From: Planctomycetota bacterium
GTDB taxonomy: Bacteria > Planctomycetota > UBA1135 > UBA2386
DNA length: 64,000 nt
Assembly: GCA_965662465.1 (NCBI GenBank)
Contig: CBFIIO010000012.1
Span: forward strand, 6,714 to 70,713
Reading direction: 5' to 3'
Below are positions 16,887 through 25,741 of this stretch, piece after piece (within the stretch, counting starts at the first letter, position 1; every line of letters begins with the position of its first letter). Both the position numbers and the translations under genes were made by a program. Below the pieces are notes generated by a model that was not told where the DNA came from, searched no databases, and saw only the letters and a program-made list of their open reading frames with translations.

Positions 16887-18808
16887 GCTGCAAGCACCTA
16901 CTTCGTCATACTGCCTGTGCGAACATCGCACTGCTTGCCGCACTGCTTGCCGCACTGCTTGCGAGCCCAGCGGCCACACAAACGGTATCCACTGTAATAA
17001 GCAACGGTACAACGCAGACACGCTATGACATGGTGATCCTCGGCGATGGATACCAAGCGAGCGAACAAGGGCAGTTCAATCAAGACGTCCAGACGTTCCT
17101 GACTGCGCTGTTCCAAAAGCAGCCCTACAATCTCTTCTCGCAATATTACAATGTGCACACGGTCTTCCGAGCCAGCACTGAAAGCGGCGCAGACCGACCC
17201 GATGAGAGTCCCCCCGTATTTGTGAACACTGCTTACGAGGCGACCTACAATTTTGGTGGTACCGACAGGTGCCTTTACATCCAAAATACGTCACAAGCTT
17301 TGGCAGATGCAGCGTTGGCGCCAGCAACAGAGGGACGCGTTTTGGTGATGGTCAACGACTCACGTTACGGCGGCTGCGCATCACAATTTGCAGTCAGCTA
17401 TAACGGCAGCCAAATGTCCGAAGTGCAAGCGCACGAACTCGGCCACAGCCTCGGTCAACTCGCCGATGAGTATGAGTATTCTGGCCAAACATATAGCGGG
17501 TCGGAACCGTCCTCAGCCAACATCACAACATCACCAACGGGACAGAAATGGTCTATTTGGCAAGGTACACAGGGAATTAGCGCCTTCCAAGGCGCTGGCT
17601 ACAACCAGTTTGGACTATACCGCCCACGTAGCAATTGCCTGATGCGATCCCTTGGCCAAGTGCTGTGCCGCGTCTGCCAAGAAGGCATCGTCAAGATCAC
17701 AAACTCGGTCGCAAACGTCATCACGTCGACGAATCCATCCACCCAGACATTGATGGTAAGTCGGCCAAACTTACAGAGCTTTTCATTCACGCACTTTGTG
17801 CCGACTTCGAACAACCCATTGATTGAATGGGAAATCGACGGAGTCGTGCAACCAGGCGCGAACACAAGCAGCTTTAGCCTGGATTCAAGTCTGTTAGCAC
17901 TCGGCCCCCACACGGTGAACGCTAGGGTCATTGATCAATCGGACCGCGTCCGCTCGGATCCGGCACTACTGATGCAAGAGGACTACACCTGGCAGGTGCA
18001 AATCAGTGATCCAGGGCTGAGCCAACTGCGCATCCCACAGATGCTCAGTGACTTAGTTTTTGTCAATCCGGGCACCACCGTGACGTTCACGCCAACGATC
18101 GTTAATGATGGCCCCGCCATTGCTGGCGCCTTCAGCCTCGAGTTATTCATGTCTTCAAGCGCTTCCGGATGGACAACGCAAGACACCTACCTCGGCCGGC
18201 TCGACATCCCTGGACTAAACCCTGGGCAACAGACCAATGGTCTGCAGCTCTCGACCCAGCTGCCATGGAGCATGCCGCTTCAAACAATGTTCGTGCACGC
18301 TGTGGTAGATAGGCTGAACGTGATCAACGAAAGCGACGAGACGGACAATCAGCTGGCGCGTGTGCTGTTTGGCCAGGCCGGCGCATGCAATACCGGCTTA
18401 GAGTTTCAAGATCCGCTAGTCACTCCATTTGCTGGTACAATGTCATTGGCTGTAGGTGGAAGCTTGCATCCAACAGTCATCGCACCATGCGCGACTCCAT
18501 CAGCGTCGCTCTACCTAATCGCTTGGACAGGGTCTGGAACATCACCAGGAACCCAGGTGGGAACAGGTCTAACCCTGCCACTCAATGTCGACAGCCTGAC
18601 CCAAATCGGTCTAAACGGCCTCAATGGTGCTATTTTCGGCAGTTTCTTTGGAGTCTTGGATGCTCAGGGCGTTGGCCGAGCGCAATTTACATTGCCACCA
18701 ACTACGGCAATTCCAACTGGCACAACGAACTTCGCGACGGTGCTACTTGGCACCTCTCAGCTGTTTGATGCGGTAAGCAACTCCATCGAGTTGACGCTGC
18801 TGCAATAG
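16883..18808 (+). CDS. secreted M64 (IgA-peptidase-like) zinc metallopeptidase with C-terminal CARDB-like domain
   Basis: ORF track 16577..18808. The in-frame ATG at 16883 has an SD and gives the signal peptide MSCKHLLRHTACANIALLAALLAALLASPAATQ. Zinc motif HELGHSLGQLADEY. The C-terminal segment VNPGTTVTFTPTIVNDGPAIAG...INESDETDNQ resembles CARDB. Confidence 0.75.
   Translation: MSCKHLLRHTACANIALLAALLAALLASPAATQTVSTVISNGTTQTRYDMVILGDGYQASEQGQFNQDVQTFLTALFQKQPYNLFSQYYNVHTVFRASTESGADRPDESPPVFVNTAYEATYNFGGTDRCLYIQNTSQALADAALAPATEGRVLVMVNDSRYGGCASQFAVSYNGSQMSEVQAHELGHSLGQLADEYEYSGQTYSGSEPSSANITTSPTGQKWSIWQGTQGISAFQGAGYNQFGLYRPRSNCLMRSLGQVLCRVCQEGIVKITNSVANVITSTNPSTQTLMVSRPNLQSFSFTHFVPTSNNPLIEWEIDGVVQPGANTSSFSLDSSLLALGPHTVNARVIDQSDRVRSDPALLMQEDYTWQVQISDPGLSQLRIPQMLSDLVFVNPGTTVTFTPTIVNDGPAIAGAFSLELFMSSSASGWTTQDTYLGRLDIPGLNPGQQTNGLQLSTQLPWSMPLQTMFVHAVVDRLNVINESDETDNQLARVLFGQAGACNTGLEFQDPLVTPFAGTMSLAVGGSLHPTVIAPCATPSASLYLIAWTGSGTSPGTQVGTGLTLPLNVDSLTQIGLNGLNGAIFGSFFGVLDAQGVGRAQFTLPPTTAIPTGTTNFATVLLGTSQLFDAVSNSIELTLLQ
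16928..16963 (+). repeat. 12-bp in-frame tandem repeat x3 (gcactgcttgcc) encoding (ALLA)3 in the signal peptide
   Basis: Read directly: 16928-16939 is identical to 16940-16951, and the third copy (16952-16963) ends in gcg. Confidence 0.85.
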
Positions 18809-18822
18809 AAAAAGCCAATGAC

Positions 18823-18844
18823 TGGCGGCAACCACCAGCCGCCA
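18823..18844. terminator. hairpin between convergent genes
   Basis: Stem TGGCGGC (18823-18829) / GCCGCCA (18838-18844) with loop AACCACCA. It lies between the stop at 18808 (+) and the stop at 18875 (-). On the minus strand a T5 run follows 9 nt after the stem. Confidence 0.4.
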
Positions 18845-18874
18845 ATCAGCATGATGCCTAAACGAACGGACCAC

Positions 18875-19588
18875 TTACTGCAGCAGCAAGAATCCGACTG
18901 GATCGCCAACTACAGCAGTCTCAATCAATTCGTCAGTCGCTTCTATTTCACGATCTTCCGTAACAGCAAGATCCAAGAACCAAGCGACCTCCTCGGCGGA
19001 AGTCGTGATGCATGCGTGGCGACTCAGGACCGAATACAGGCCGCGGGCTAGCTCACGCACATCTTCTCGTTCCTTTGCGAATTGATCGAGATCGAGCTGC
19101 ACTGGCGGCAACCTTCCATAGGCAACCGCACTGACCGATGGCCAAATTTCTGGATCCGTAAAGACGCTAATGCAGCCGAGGTGATCGAAAGCTTGGTCAC
19201 CAGCAACCTCTCTAGCATCACCGGTCTCGTAGAATAGCGTCACATGCGGCGCCGCCTTCGCCAGAGCCGCATTGAGTATGTCACACTCCTCGCCATTTAG
19301 ATTTGCGGCTACTACTGATCGCTTGAGGAGCAAAACCTCTGCAAGCATCACTGGCAATTCAGCAACGCCAGCACCAACCCACAATGACGTACCCTCAGGC
19401 TTCACATGATGCTCGAGTCGCCTCGCCAACAAAAGCCCTAGCTCGACGGCTAACTTGCGCCGATCTTGCCAATGCTGCTCGCCGTCTTCATGAAAATAAA
19501 TCTCGCCGAGACCAGCCCAATCGATGGCATCGAACACCTTCTTGACAAGCTTCTCGACTTCGAGCCAATCGTTTGGAGAAGGACTCAT
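18875..19588 (-). CDS. hypothetical protein with Rossmann/class-I-methyltransferase-like core
   Basis: ORF track starts at GTG 19630. The ATG at 19588 overlaps the DUF971 stop (ATGA), which favours the shorter form. There is a glycine-rich strand-loop [11 protein letters not shown], then [10 protein letters not shown] and DHLGCISVF. No confident family assignment. Confidence 0.5.
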   Translation of the reverse strand: MSPSPNDWLEVEKLVKKVFDAIDWAGLGEIYFHEDGEQHWQDRRKLAVELGLLLARRLEHHVKPEGTSLWVGAGVAELPVMLAEVLLLKRSVVAANLNGEECDILNAALAKAAPHVTLFYETGDAREVAGDQAFDHLGCISVFTDPEIWPSVSAVAYGRLPPVQLDLDQFAKEREDVRELARGLYSVLSRHACITTSAEEVAWFLDLAVTEDREIEATDELIETAVVGDPVGFLLLQ

Positions 19589-19896
19589 GCGCCGCTCCAC
19601 AGAGCACCGAGCGCCTTCAACCGTGGCCACGCAAAGATGCCGGTCTTATGACCATCGCTCCACGTGAACGAGAGCGCATATCGCCCCACAAGCTCGGCAC
19701 CGAGCAAAATAATGTCCGCGCTGACCGTACTCGGATTTAGCAGCGGTTTACCGGTGCCCTCCTCAACGCAGCTGGCACACGGACACGACAAACGTAGATC
19801 TCGGGCCTTGTAATGAGATACATCGCCATCCTGCCACTCGATACGAAAGTGGGTTGGCGAAACGAGATCAGCCTTCTTCGGAACTGGATTGTCCAT
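19585..19896 (-). CDS. DUF971 family protein (gamma-butyrobetaine-hydroxylase N-terminal-like zinc domain)
   Basis: [30 protein letters not shown] ... [16 protein letters not shown] matches the DUF971 pattern, including the CPCA.C cysteine cluster. Confidence 0.8.
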   Translation of the reverse strand: MDNPVPKKADLVSPTHFRIEWQDGDVSHYKARDLRLSCPCASCVEEGTGKPLLNPSTVSADIILLGAELVGRYALSFTWSDGHKTGIFAWPRLKALGALWSGA

Positions 19897-19950
19897 TGGT
19901 AATGACCGAGCCGCTTGCGATTCCCCGGACGATACCGGACAAGAATAGAC

Positions 19951-20568
19951 ATGCGAATGGGTGGCCTCATTCTGGCAGGCGGACGCAGTCGACGCATGGG
20001 TCGACCGAAAGAGTCTCTACCAATTGCCAACACAACGATGCTTGACTGGCAGTGCCGGACCCTCATGTCCTGTACGGAAGTGGTCGTAACGGTCGGTCGA
20101 GATCCCAGTCAACCACTACCCACAATCCCGGCTGAGGTCGACATAACCATGGACGAACTACCTGGTGAAGGCCCGCTCGCAGCCATTGTTGCGGGGCTAA
20201 AGCGCTTTCGTGACCACCATGGGTTCACCGAACGCGATGCCGTAATGACGGTAGGCTGCGACCAGCCATTCATCACTCCGGCCACGATTCGATGGCTCAG
20301 TGGCCAGCTTGGCGATGCCGACGTGCTCATCCCGCAGGCCAATAATAAATTGCAGCCACTTACCGCAATCTATCGAATTGCTGCACTTAAGGTCGCCGTC
20401 GAGCTCCTGGACAGCGGCGCTCGCCGGCCCCGAGAAATCGCTGCGGCCACTACCAGCCGGGTCCTTACGGAGGGTGAGTTGCGAGTTCATGACCCCAAAC
20501 TAAGGTTCCTTCGCAATCTCAACAGCCGCGAAGACTACGAAGCCGTTCGCAAAGAACTCGACCTCTAA
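19951..20568 (+). CDS. mobA: molybdenum cofactor guanylyltransferase
   Basis: [21 protein letters not shown] nucleotide-binding signature. ORF track starts at TTG 19915; I use the ATG at 19951 ([11 protein letters not shown]). Confidence 0.85.
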   Translation: MRMGGLILAGGRSRRMGRPKESLPIANTTMLDWQCRTLMSCTEVVVTVGRDPSQPLPTIPAEVDITMDELPGEGPLAAIVAGLKRFRDHHGFTERDAVMTVGCDQPFITPATIRWLSGQLGDADVLIPQANNKLQPLTAIYRIAALKVAVELLDSGARRPREIAAATTSRVLTEGELRVHDPKLRFLRNLNSREDYEAVRKELDL

Positions 20569-20694
20569 TGCAACCCGATCCCTGATGACGGACCCTAGCA
20601 TTGGCACAACTAACCCCATCAAAGTGGCTGTCGAGCACCAGCAATACATCTGAGTACTGTGAGTTGACGCTCATGCCGCTACAACGGGCGGCAC

Positions 20695-21840
20695 GTGACG
20701 GATACCGAAATCACCCCGCGCTGCTACCGCTGCCTGCGTCCGCAGACTCTGTGCTATTGCAAAAGCATGCCTACGGTGCCCACCGATACGCGTGTGGTCA
20801 TTCTGCAGCATCCGCATGAACGCACCCATCCATTCGGCACTGCACGGTTAGCGCGCATGTGCATGCCCAATGCATCGGTACATGTTCCAGTGCCAGGCTT
20901 TAGCGGCACGTTGGCCAAACCCATAGACGTGGCCGAAGATGCTGCCGTGCTTTTCCCACATCCTGATGCGGACGATCTAGCAACCATCCCTGAGACCGAA
21001 TGGCCATCGACTTTGATTGCGATCGACGGCACGTGGGCGCACGCCAAGCGCCTATATCGCGAGAACACTTGGCTACATGGCCGCCGTCATGTCCGACTAC
21101 AACCGACTTCACCTAGCAACTACCGGATTCGAAAAGAGCCGAAGCCCGAATACATCTCGACGATCGAAGCAATCGTTGAAGCACTACGTATCATCGAGCC
21201 ATCTAACAATCGACTCAACGAATTACTGCGCGCGTTCGATCTGATGGTGGACCAGCAAATCGCACACCGCTCATCGCGTGTATCGCGTCGATTCAGGTCA
21301 ACTCGCATTCGCGAATCACGAGCTCTATCTGAAGAGTTACGCGATCCACAAATGGTAGTGGTGTTCGCTGAGTCTGGACGCCCCGGAGGTGCTGATACTC
21401 GAGAGCGAGAGCTGATTCACTGGGTCGCCGCTCGTATCGATACCGACGAAACATTCGAAGCAATCATCAAGCCAAGTTTCCCCCCCACCGAGGAGCACCT
21501 TTCACACCTAGGCATCGACCTCGATGACTTAAACTCAGGATGTACTCCAAATGAAGCGAGGCAAGCATTCTTAGACTTCCTGCCGGATGGCGCCCCTATA
21601 GCCGCCTGGACCGACACGACACTTCAATGGGGGCAACACATGCTGCCGGATTCGTTCACTCCAGTGATGCTCAAACACAACTACTGCAACGTCCGGCAAC
21701 GGAGTTCGGGATACTTAGAAGATGTCGTCAAACGCGAAGACTTGCCCGATATCAAACTACCTTGCGTTGGCCGTGCCGGCGCCCGGCTTCGCAACGCACT
21801 GGCAGTAGCTAAGTGGCTGCAAATACAAAAGTCTAAGTAG
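20695..21840 (+). CDS. DTW-domain protein (TapT/TuaA-like tRNA-uridine aminocarboxypropyltransferase) with ~150-aa C-terminal exonuclease-fold-like extension
   Basis: GTG start. N-terminal cysteine cluster CYRCLRPQTLCYC, VVILQHPHE, and the DTW motif in IAIDGTWAHAKRLY. At 381 aa it is about 150 aa longer than typical DTW proteins. Confidence 0.75.
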   Translation: MTDTEITPRCYRCLRPQTLCYCKSMPTVPTDTRVVILQHPHERTHPFGTARLARMCMPNASVHVPVPGFSGTLAKPIDVAEDAAVLFPHPDADDLATIPETEWPSTLIAIDGTWAHAKRLYRENTWLHGRRHVRLQPTSPSNYRIRKEPKPEYISTIEAIVEALRIIEPSNNRLNELLRAFDLMVDQQIAHRSSRVSRRFRSTRIRESRALSEELRDPQMVVVFAESGRPGGADTRERELIHWVAARIDTDETFEAIIKPSFPPTEEHLSHLGIDLDDLNSGCTPNEARQAFLDFLPDGAPIAAWTDTTLQWGQHMLPDSFTPVMLKHNYCNVRQRSSGYLEDVVKREDLPDIKLPCVGRAGARLRNALAVAKWLQIQKSK

Positions 21841-21975
21841 CGCTAACTCAAGCCAAACGAACTGAGCTGAAACCCATAATTCGATTCGCTTGCCGCAGCC
21901 AGACATCCATGCCGGATTCTGTGATCCAAGCCATTCCGACTGGCACCACGATGACACTGCTGTAGGTTGCATCAA

Positions 21976-22743
21976 ATGCAACTCACTGTGCTTGGCTCCG
22001 GCACTGCAGTTCCAGTTCCCGACCGCTTTCCGGCAGGCTACCTAGTGGAGCATGCCGAACACCGCATAATGGTCGACTGCGGCCCAGGCACACTGCGGCG
22101 CTTAGCTCAGACGTCTACAACTCCAGCTACGCTTGATGCTGTCCTACTGACGCACTACCACACAGATCACTGCGCTGACCTAGCTGCGCTACTGTTTTCG
22201 TTACGCTCCCCACATCTCAATCCAAGACCACCGCTCACGATCTACGGTTCGCCTGGACTAAAGCGGATGGTCCAGTTGCTAACGGAAGCTTGGCCATGGC
22301 TGAGTCCCAAAAATTACGAACTACACTTGGTCGAGTTAAACCCCGGCACATTCTCTGCTCACGGATTTGAAATCACCTCCATACCGATTCGCCATACAGC
22401 GCAGAGCCTTGGCTATCGAATCCGCGCCGGCAACGGCCTGCTAGCACTGTCCGGAGATGCAGACACCTGTGAAGAACTAGTCGACCTCGGGCGTGACGCG
22501 GACGTCTTTGTCTGCGACAGCGCCGCACCGGACGATCTGAAAATTGACGGGCACCTGACGCCTGGACTAGCTGGTCGATATGCCGAACGTGCTGGCGCAC
22601 GCGAGTTGCTCTTGACGCATTTTTACCCAGAATGCGAAGGCTACGACCTGATAGCTGAAGCCAGCGCACACTTCGCTGGCAAAGTGACCCTCGCTGTAGA
22701 CCTCATGTGCTTGCCGGTCGGCAATCACACAGTGGCGAGGTAA
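21976..22743 (+). CDS. MBL-fold metallo-hydrolase (RNase Z / RNase BN-like)
   Basis: MQLTVLGSGTAVP start and HxHxDH motif LLTHYHTDHCADL, with later SGD and THF. ORF track starts at TTG 21967. The 3' end overlaps the convergent kinase gene by 19 nt. Confidence 0.75.
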   Translation: MQLTVLGSGTAVPVPDRFPAGYLVEHAEHRIMVDCGPGTLRRLAQTSTTPATLDAVLLTHYHTDHCADLAALLFSLRSPHLNPRPPLTIYGSPGLKRMVQLLTEAWPWLSPKNYELHLVELNPGTFSAHGFEITSIPIRHTAQSLGYRIRAGNGLLALSGDADTCEELVDLGRDADVFVCDSAAPDDLKIDGHLTPGLAGRYAERAGARELLLTHFYPECEGYDLIAEASAHFAGKVTLAVDLMCLPVGNHTVAR

Positions 22744-24404
22744 GCGCGTAGTTTCGATTCGGTTGCAGCAGCAACTGCTTCCAAACGTGGCAGCTGCTCT
22801 GAGCAACTTTCACCGGCGAGGCCGGCGGCCTCCAACTCAGCCAGCAAACCGTGCATGCGCGCCGCGCAAACCACACCAGCGGCGCCCTTGAGCGAATGGG
22901 CTAGCTCAGCTTGCGCTGAGCAATCACCCGCCTGTAGGGCCTCGATCAAACTCTCGACACTCTTAGGCAGATCGTTAAGGAACACTTCACATAGTCGAGC
23001 AACAAGCTCTTGCTGACCATCGACTAATTCTAACGCCGCTTCGAGGGAGAAAAGCGGCACAAGACTGTCGGCTTCATTTCCGCATTTACTAATGCTGGTG
23101 CTATGACCCTGAAGTAAGTCCGCAATGGCAGTGAATAGATCTATTTTGCGGAATGGCTTACCAATAATTCCTTGCATACCGCAAGCCATCACCGCGCTTG
23201 CATTCTCTGTCGTGACATCCGCAGATACTGCGACAATAGGTTTATCAAATCCTGATGCTCGCATGGCCCTCGTAGCGTCAAGACCCGACATACCAGGCAT
23301 GTGGCAATCCATCAGCACTAAATCAGGAGACGACTTCGCAACCTCCATGATGGCTTCGATTCCATTCTCAGCGAACAGCAGCTTGCAGCCAACATCCGCA
23401 AGCATCGACTCACATAGGGCTCGATTGATCGGATGATCGTCGACGATCAAGAGTGTCATACCTGTCAGGTCCAAGTCGATTTCCGCGCTCGAAGCACTGT
23501 GGTATTCAGGCTCGCAAGCCTTGTTGATAGTCGTAAAGACAAACGTCGTCCCTTGATCAACTTCTGAGCGAACTGAGATCTCGCCCCCCATACATTCTAC
23601 AAGCCCCTTAACAATCGAAAGACCAAGTCCCGTGCCCCCATATCGACGCGTGGTAGCGGCATCCGCTTGCTTGAATGCTTCGAAGATGCAGAGAGCAGCT
23701 TCATCCGTCATTCCGCAGCCAGTATCGCTTACATACCACGTAGTCAAAAGATCATGATCTTTGTGCTGCACTTCAGCGCGTATCGATACTTGACCACTTT
23801 TCGTGAACTTGACGGCGTTACTCAGCAAGTTGCTAAGCACTTGACCGACGCGATGAGAGTCGACAAGCATCCAGGTCGGTCCATCCGCGATTACTTCGCT
23901 GATTAACTTCAAACCCTTTTGCGCAGCAGCAGCCTCAAATGACGAAGATGCTGCGTCGACGATATCTTTGACTGAGGCGGGACTAAGCTCGACTTCGAGC
24001 CTACCCGACTCAATGCGTGAGAAGTCTAGAACATCTCCGATGACCCTGAGTAATCGAGCTGCAGATGTTTGGCATTGATCAATCAGTCGCCGCTGCTCGA
24101 GATCCAAGTGGGTTCCCGTCAACGCCTCGATCGTACCACCAAGACCATGGAGGGGAGTACGTAGCTCATGACTCATTTGCGCCAAAAAGCCTGTCTTTGC
24201 ACGACTGGCTGCCTCAGCATCTTCGAGCGCCACACGAAGGTCCGCAGTGCGCGCCTGCACCTCAGTTTCCAATGCCGAGTTGTGCTCTCTAAGACGTTCG
24301 TTGGCTTGATAAAGCTCACGCGAACGGTCTTCGATAATCCTCTCTAGCTCGGCATTGCGCGACTTTTCACGCGCGAGTCGTCTCTCCCACCTAGCCTCAT
24401 CCAT
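22725..24404 (-). CDS. soluble hybrid sensor histidine kinase (coiled coil - HisKA - HATPase - REC - HPt)
   Basis: H-box SHELRTPLHGL, ATPase boxes DTGCGM and GGTGLGLSIV, receiver LLIVDDHPINR..DLVLMDCHMPGMSG, and C-terminal HPt AHSLKGAAGV. There are no TM segments. Its start overlaps the H-NOX stop by 8 nt. Confidence 0.9.
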   Translation of the reverse strand: MDEARWERRLAREKSRNAELERIIEDRSRELYQANERLREHNSALETEVQARTADLRVALEDAEAASRAKTGFLAQMSHELRTPLHGLGGTIEALTGTHLDLEQRRLIDQCQTSAARLLRVIGDVLDFSRIESGRLEVELSPASVKDIVDAASSSFEAAAAQKGLKLISEVIADGPTWMLVDSHRVGQVLSNLLSNAVKFTKSGQVSIRAEVQHKDHDLLTTWYVSDTGCGMTDEAALCIFEAFKQADAATTRRYGGTGLGLSIVKGLVECMGGEISVRSEVDQGTTFVFTTINKACEPEYHSASSAEIDLDLTGMTLLIVDDHPINRALCESMLADVGCKLLFAENGIEAIMEVAKSSPDLVLMDCHMPGMSGLDATRAMRASGFDKPIVAVSADVTTENASAVMACGMQGIIGKPFRKIDLFTAIADLLQGHSTSISKCGNEADSLVPLFSLEAALELVDGQQELVARLCEVFLNDLPKSVESLIEALQAGDCSAQAELAHSLKGAAGVVCAARMHGLLAELEAAGLAGESCSEQLPRLEAVAAATESKLRAYLATV

Positions 24405-24972
24405 CTTGATTACTTGTAGCCATCGCTAGAAATTTGAGTTCGTAAGTGCATCGCTTGTCGCCTTTGTGAGTACAGGCGGTTTGCTCAAATTCGATTGGCA
24501 CACCAAAGTGCTCGCCAACTCCGGCCAGCAGACCTTCCAAAAAGCTGCACAAGCCACGGGCGGACTCGTAGTGCAGCGTCAACTTGTTTGGATCATCTTC
24601 ATTATTGTCGAAAAACAGATTCGGCGGGGCAGCACCCGACATCAGTTTCTTGACTTCAACATGGATGATGTTGTGAACCGACAGCAGCAACTCACGCGGA
24701 TGATCGACACCCTCTAGAAAATTAGGGTAGCGGGACGTCAAGCCGCCAAATGCGAACTTGCCAAACGCCTGAAGGGCGACAGGAGGCTCAATCGAAAGCC
24801 GCTTACATGCGGCCATCAACAACGCCACAAGCCATTCGTCGGGATAGGTTTTAGGCCCAACAATATTTTCAGTGACCGTGCCTCGACAGTCATCGAGCAA
24901 GCCTTCAAATGTCTCAACACCAAAGTTCTCGACAATGAAGTCTTCGAAGATTCCAAAGATTACACCTTTCAT
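24397..24972 (-). CDS. hnoX: H-NOX (heme nitric oxide/oxygen binding) sensor protein
   Basis: MKGVIFGIFEDFIVENFG N-terminus. Proximal-His region SVHNIIHVEVKKLMSGAAPP. Heme-propionate Y-x-S-x-R motif in LHYESARGL. Confidence 0.85.
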   Translation of the reverse strand: MKGVIFGIFEDFIVENFGVETFEGLLDDCRGTVTENIVGPKTYPDEWLVALLMAACKRLSIEPPVALQAFGKFAFGGLTSRYPNFLEGVDHPRELLLSVHNIIHVEVKKLMSGAAPPNLFFDNNEDDPNKLTLHYESARGLCSFLEGLLAGVGEHFGVPIEFEQTACTHKGDKRCTYELKFLAMATSNQDG

Positions 24973-25313
24973 AAAGCAGCCCCTCCATCGCTGAAGCGAG
25001 TAATGACATCACCAAAATAATGAGTAGTCGCATTCATCGCAGGAAGAGACGGCCTTGGTGACAAGCCGACTTTTCGTTCGCCCATTGCCCTTGCCACGCC
25101 CCAGCGCACGTCAAAGACCCCGAACTCTGCAGCTCCATATATGCTGTTAGCGAGACCAATCGTCAGGCAACCCACCCGCCATTGCTCGGAATCGCGGATC
25201 ATAGTGAGATCATCGACGGCGATACTCGCCTTATCGAGTGAGCAGGACTGCTCAGGCAGATCGCTGACCCCACGGTTCGCGGTCAGCGTATGAATGGTCT
25301 CGGTACACCCCAT
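24969..25313 (-). CDS. hypothetical protein (114 aa) translationally coupled to hnoX
   Basis: ATG ORF whose TGA overlaps the hnoX ATG (ATGA at 24969-24972). I recognise no motif, so coding status is uncertain. Confidence 0.4.
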   Translation of the reverse strand: MGCTETIHTLTANRGVSDLPEQSCSLDKASIAVDDLTMIRDSEQWRVGCLTIGLANSIYGAAEFGVFDVRWGVARAMGERKVGLSPRPSLPAMNATTHYFGDVITRFSDGGAAL

Positions 25314-25741
25314 AGCAACTTCTTTACTGAGTAAATCGGCGCAAACAGGACCTCAGCGTGAGTCTCAAATTGACACACGTCAAAAAAGTAGCGTTGCAAA
25401 TTACACCGTCGAAAAACTGTACATCGAAGCGGTGCAGGATCTCCGGATCTCCGCCGCCCTAGACAGCAGCAATGACCTGGGGCGACCTTTGGCAGCGGAC
25501 AGCCCGGTAAAAAGGCAATTAACCCAGCACAGGAACCGGCCTGCACCAGCAACCTACAACACCATCAACCCGTCGAAACTCGGTCCGCAGCATCTCTCCA
25601 ATTGACGACTTTCAGCCGTTAACTGGACGAAATCACACTCAAAAAGCATAGAAACGGCCCCTGATACGGTTCTCTCTTGATCCTTTCGAACCGGCTCGCA
25701 ATCCTGCTACCGCTAAAAGTTCACTGAGCCAAAAGAACATA

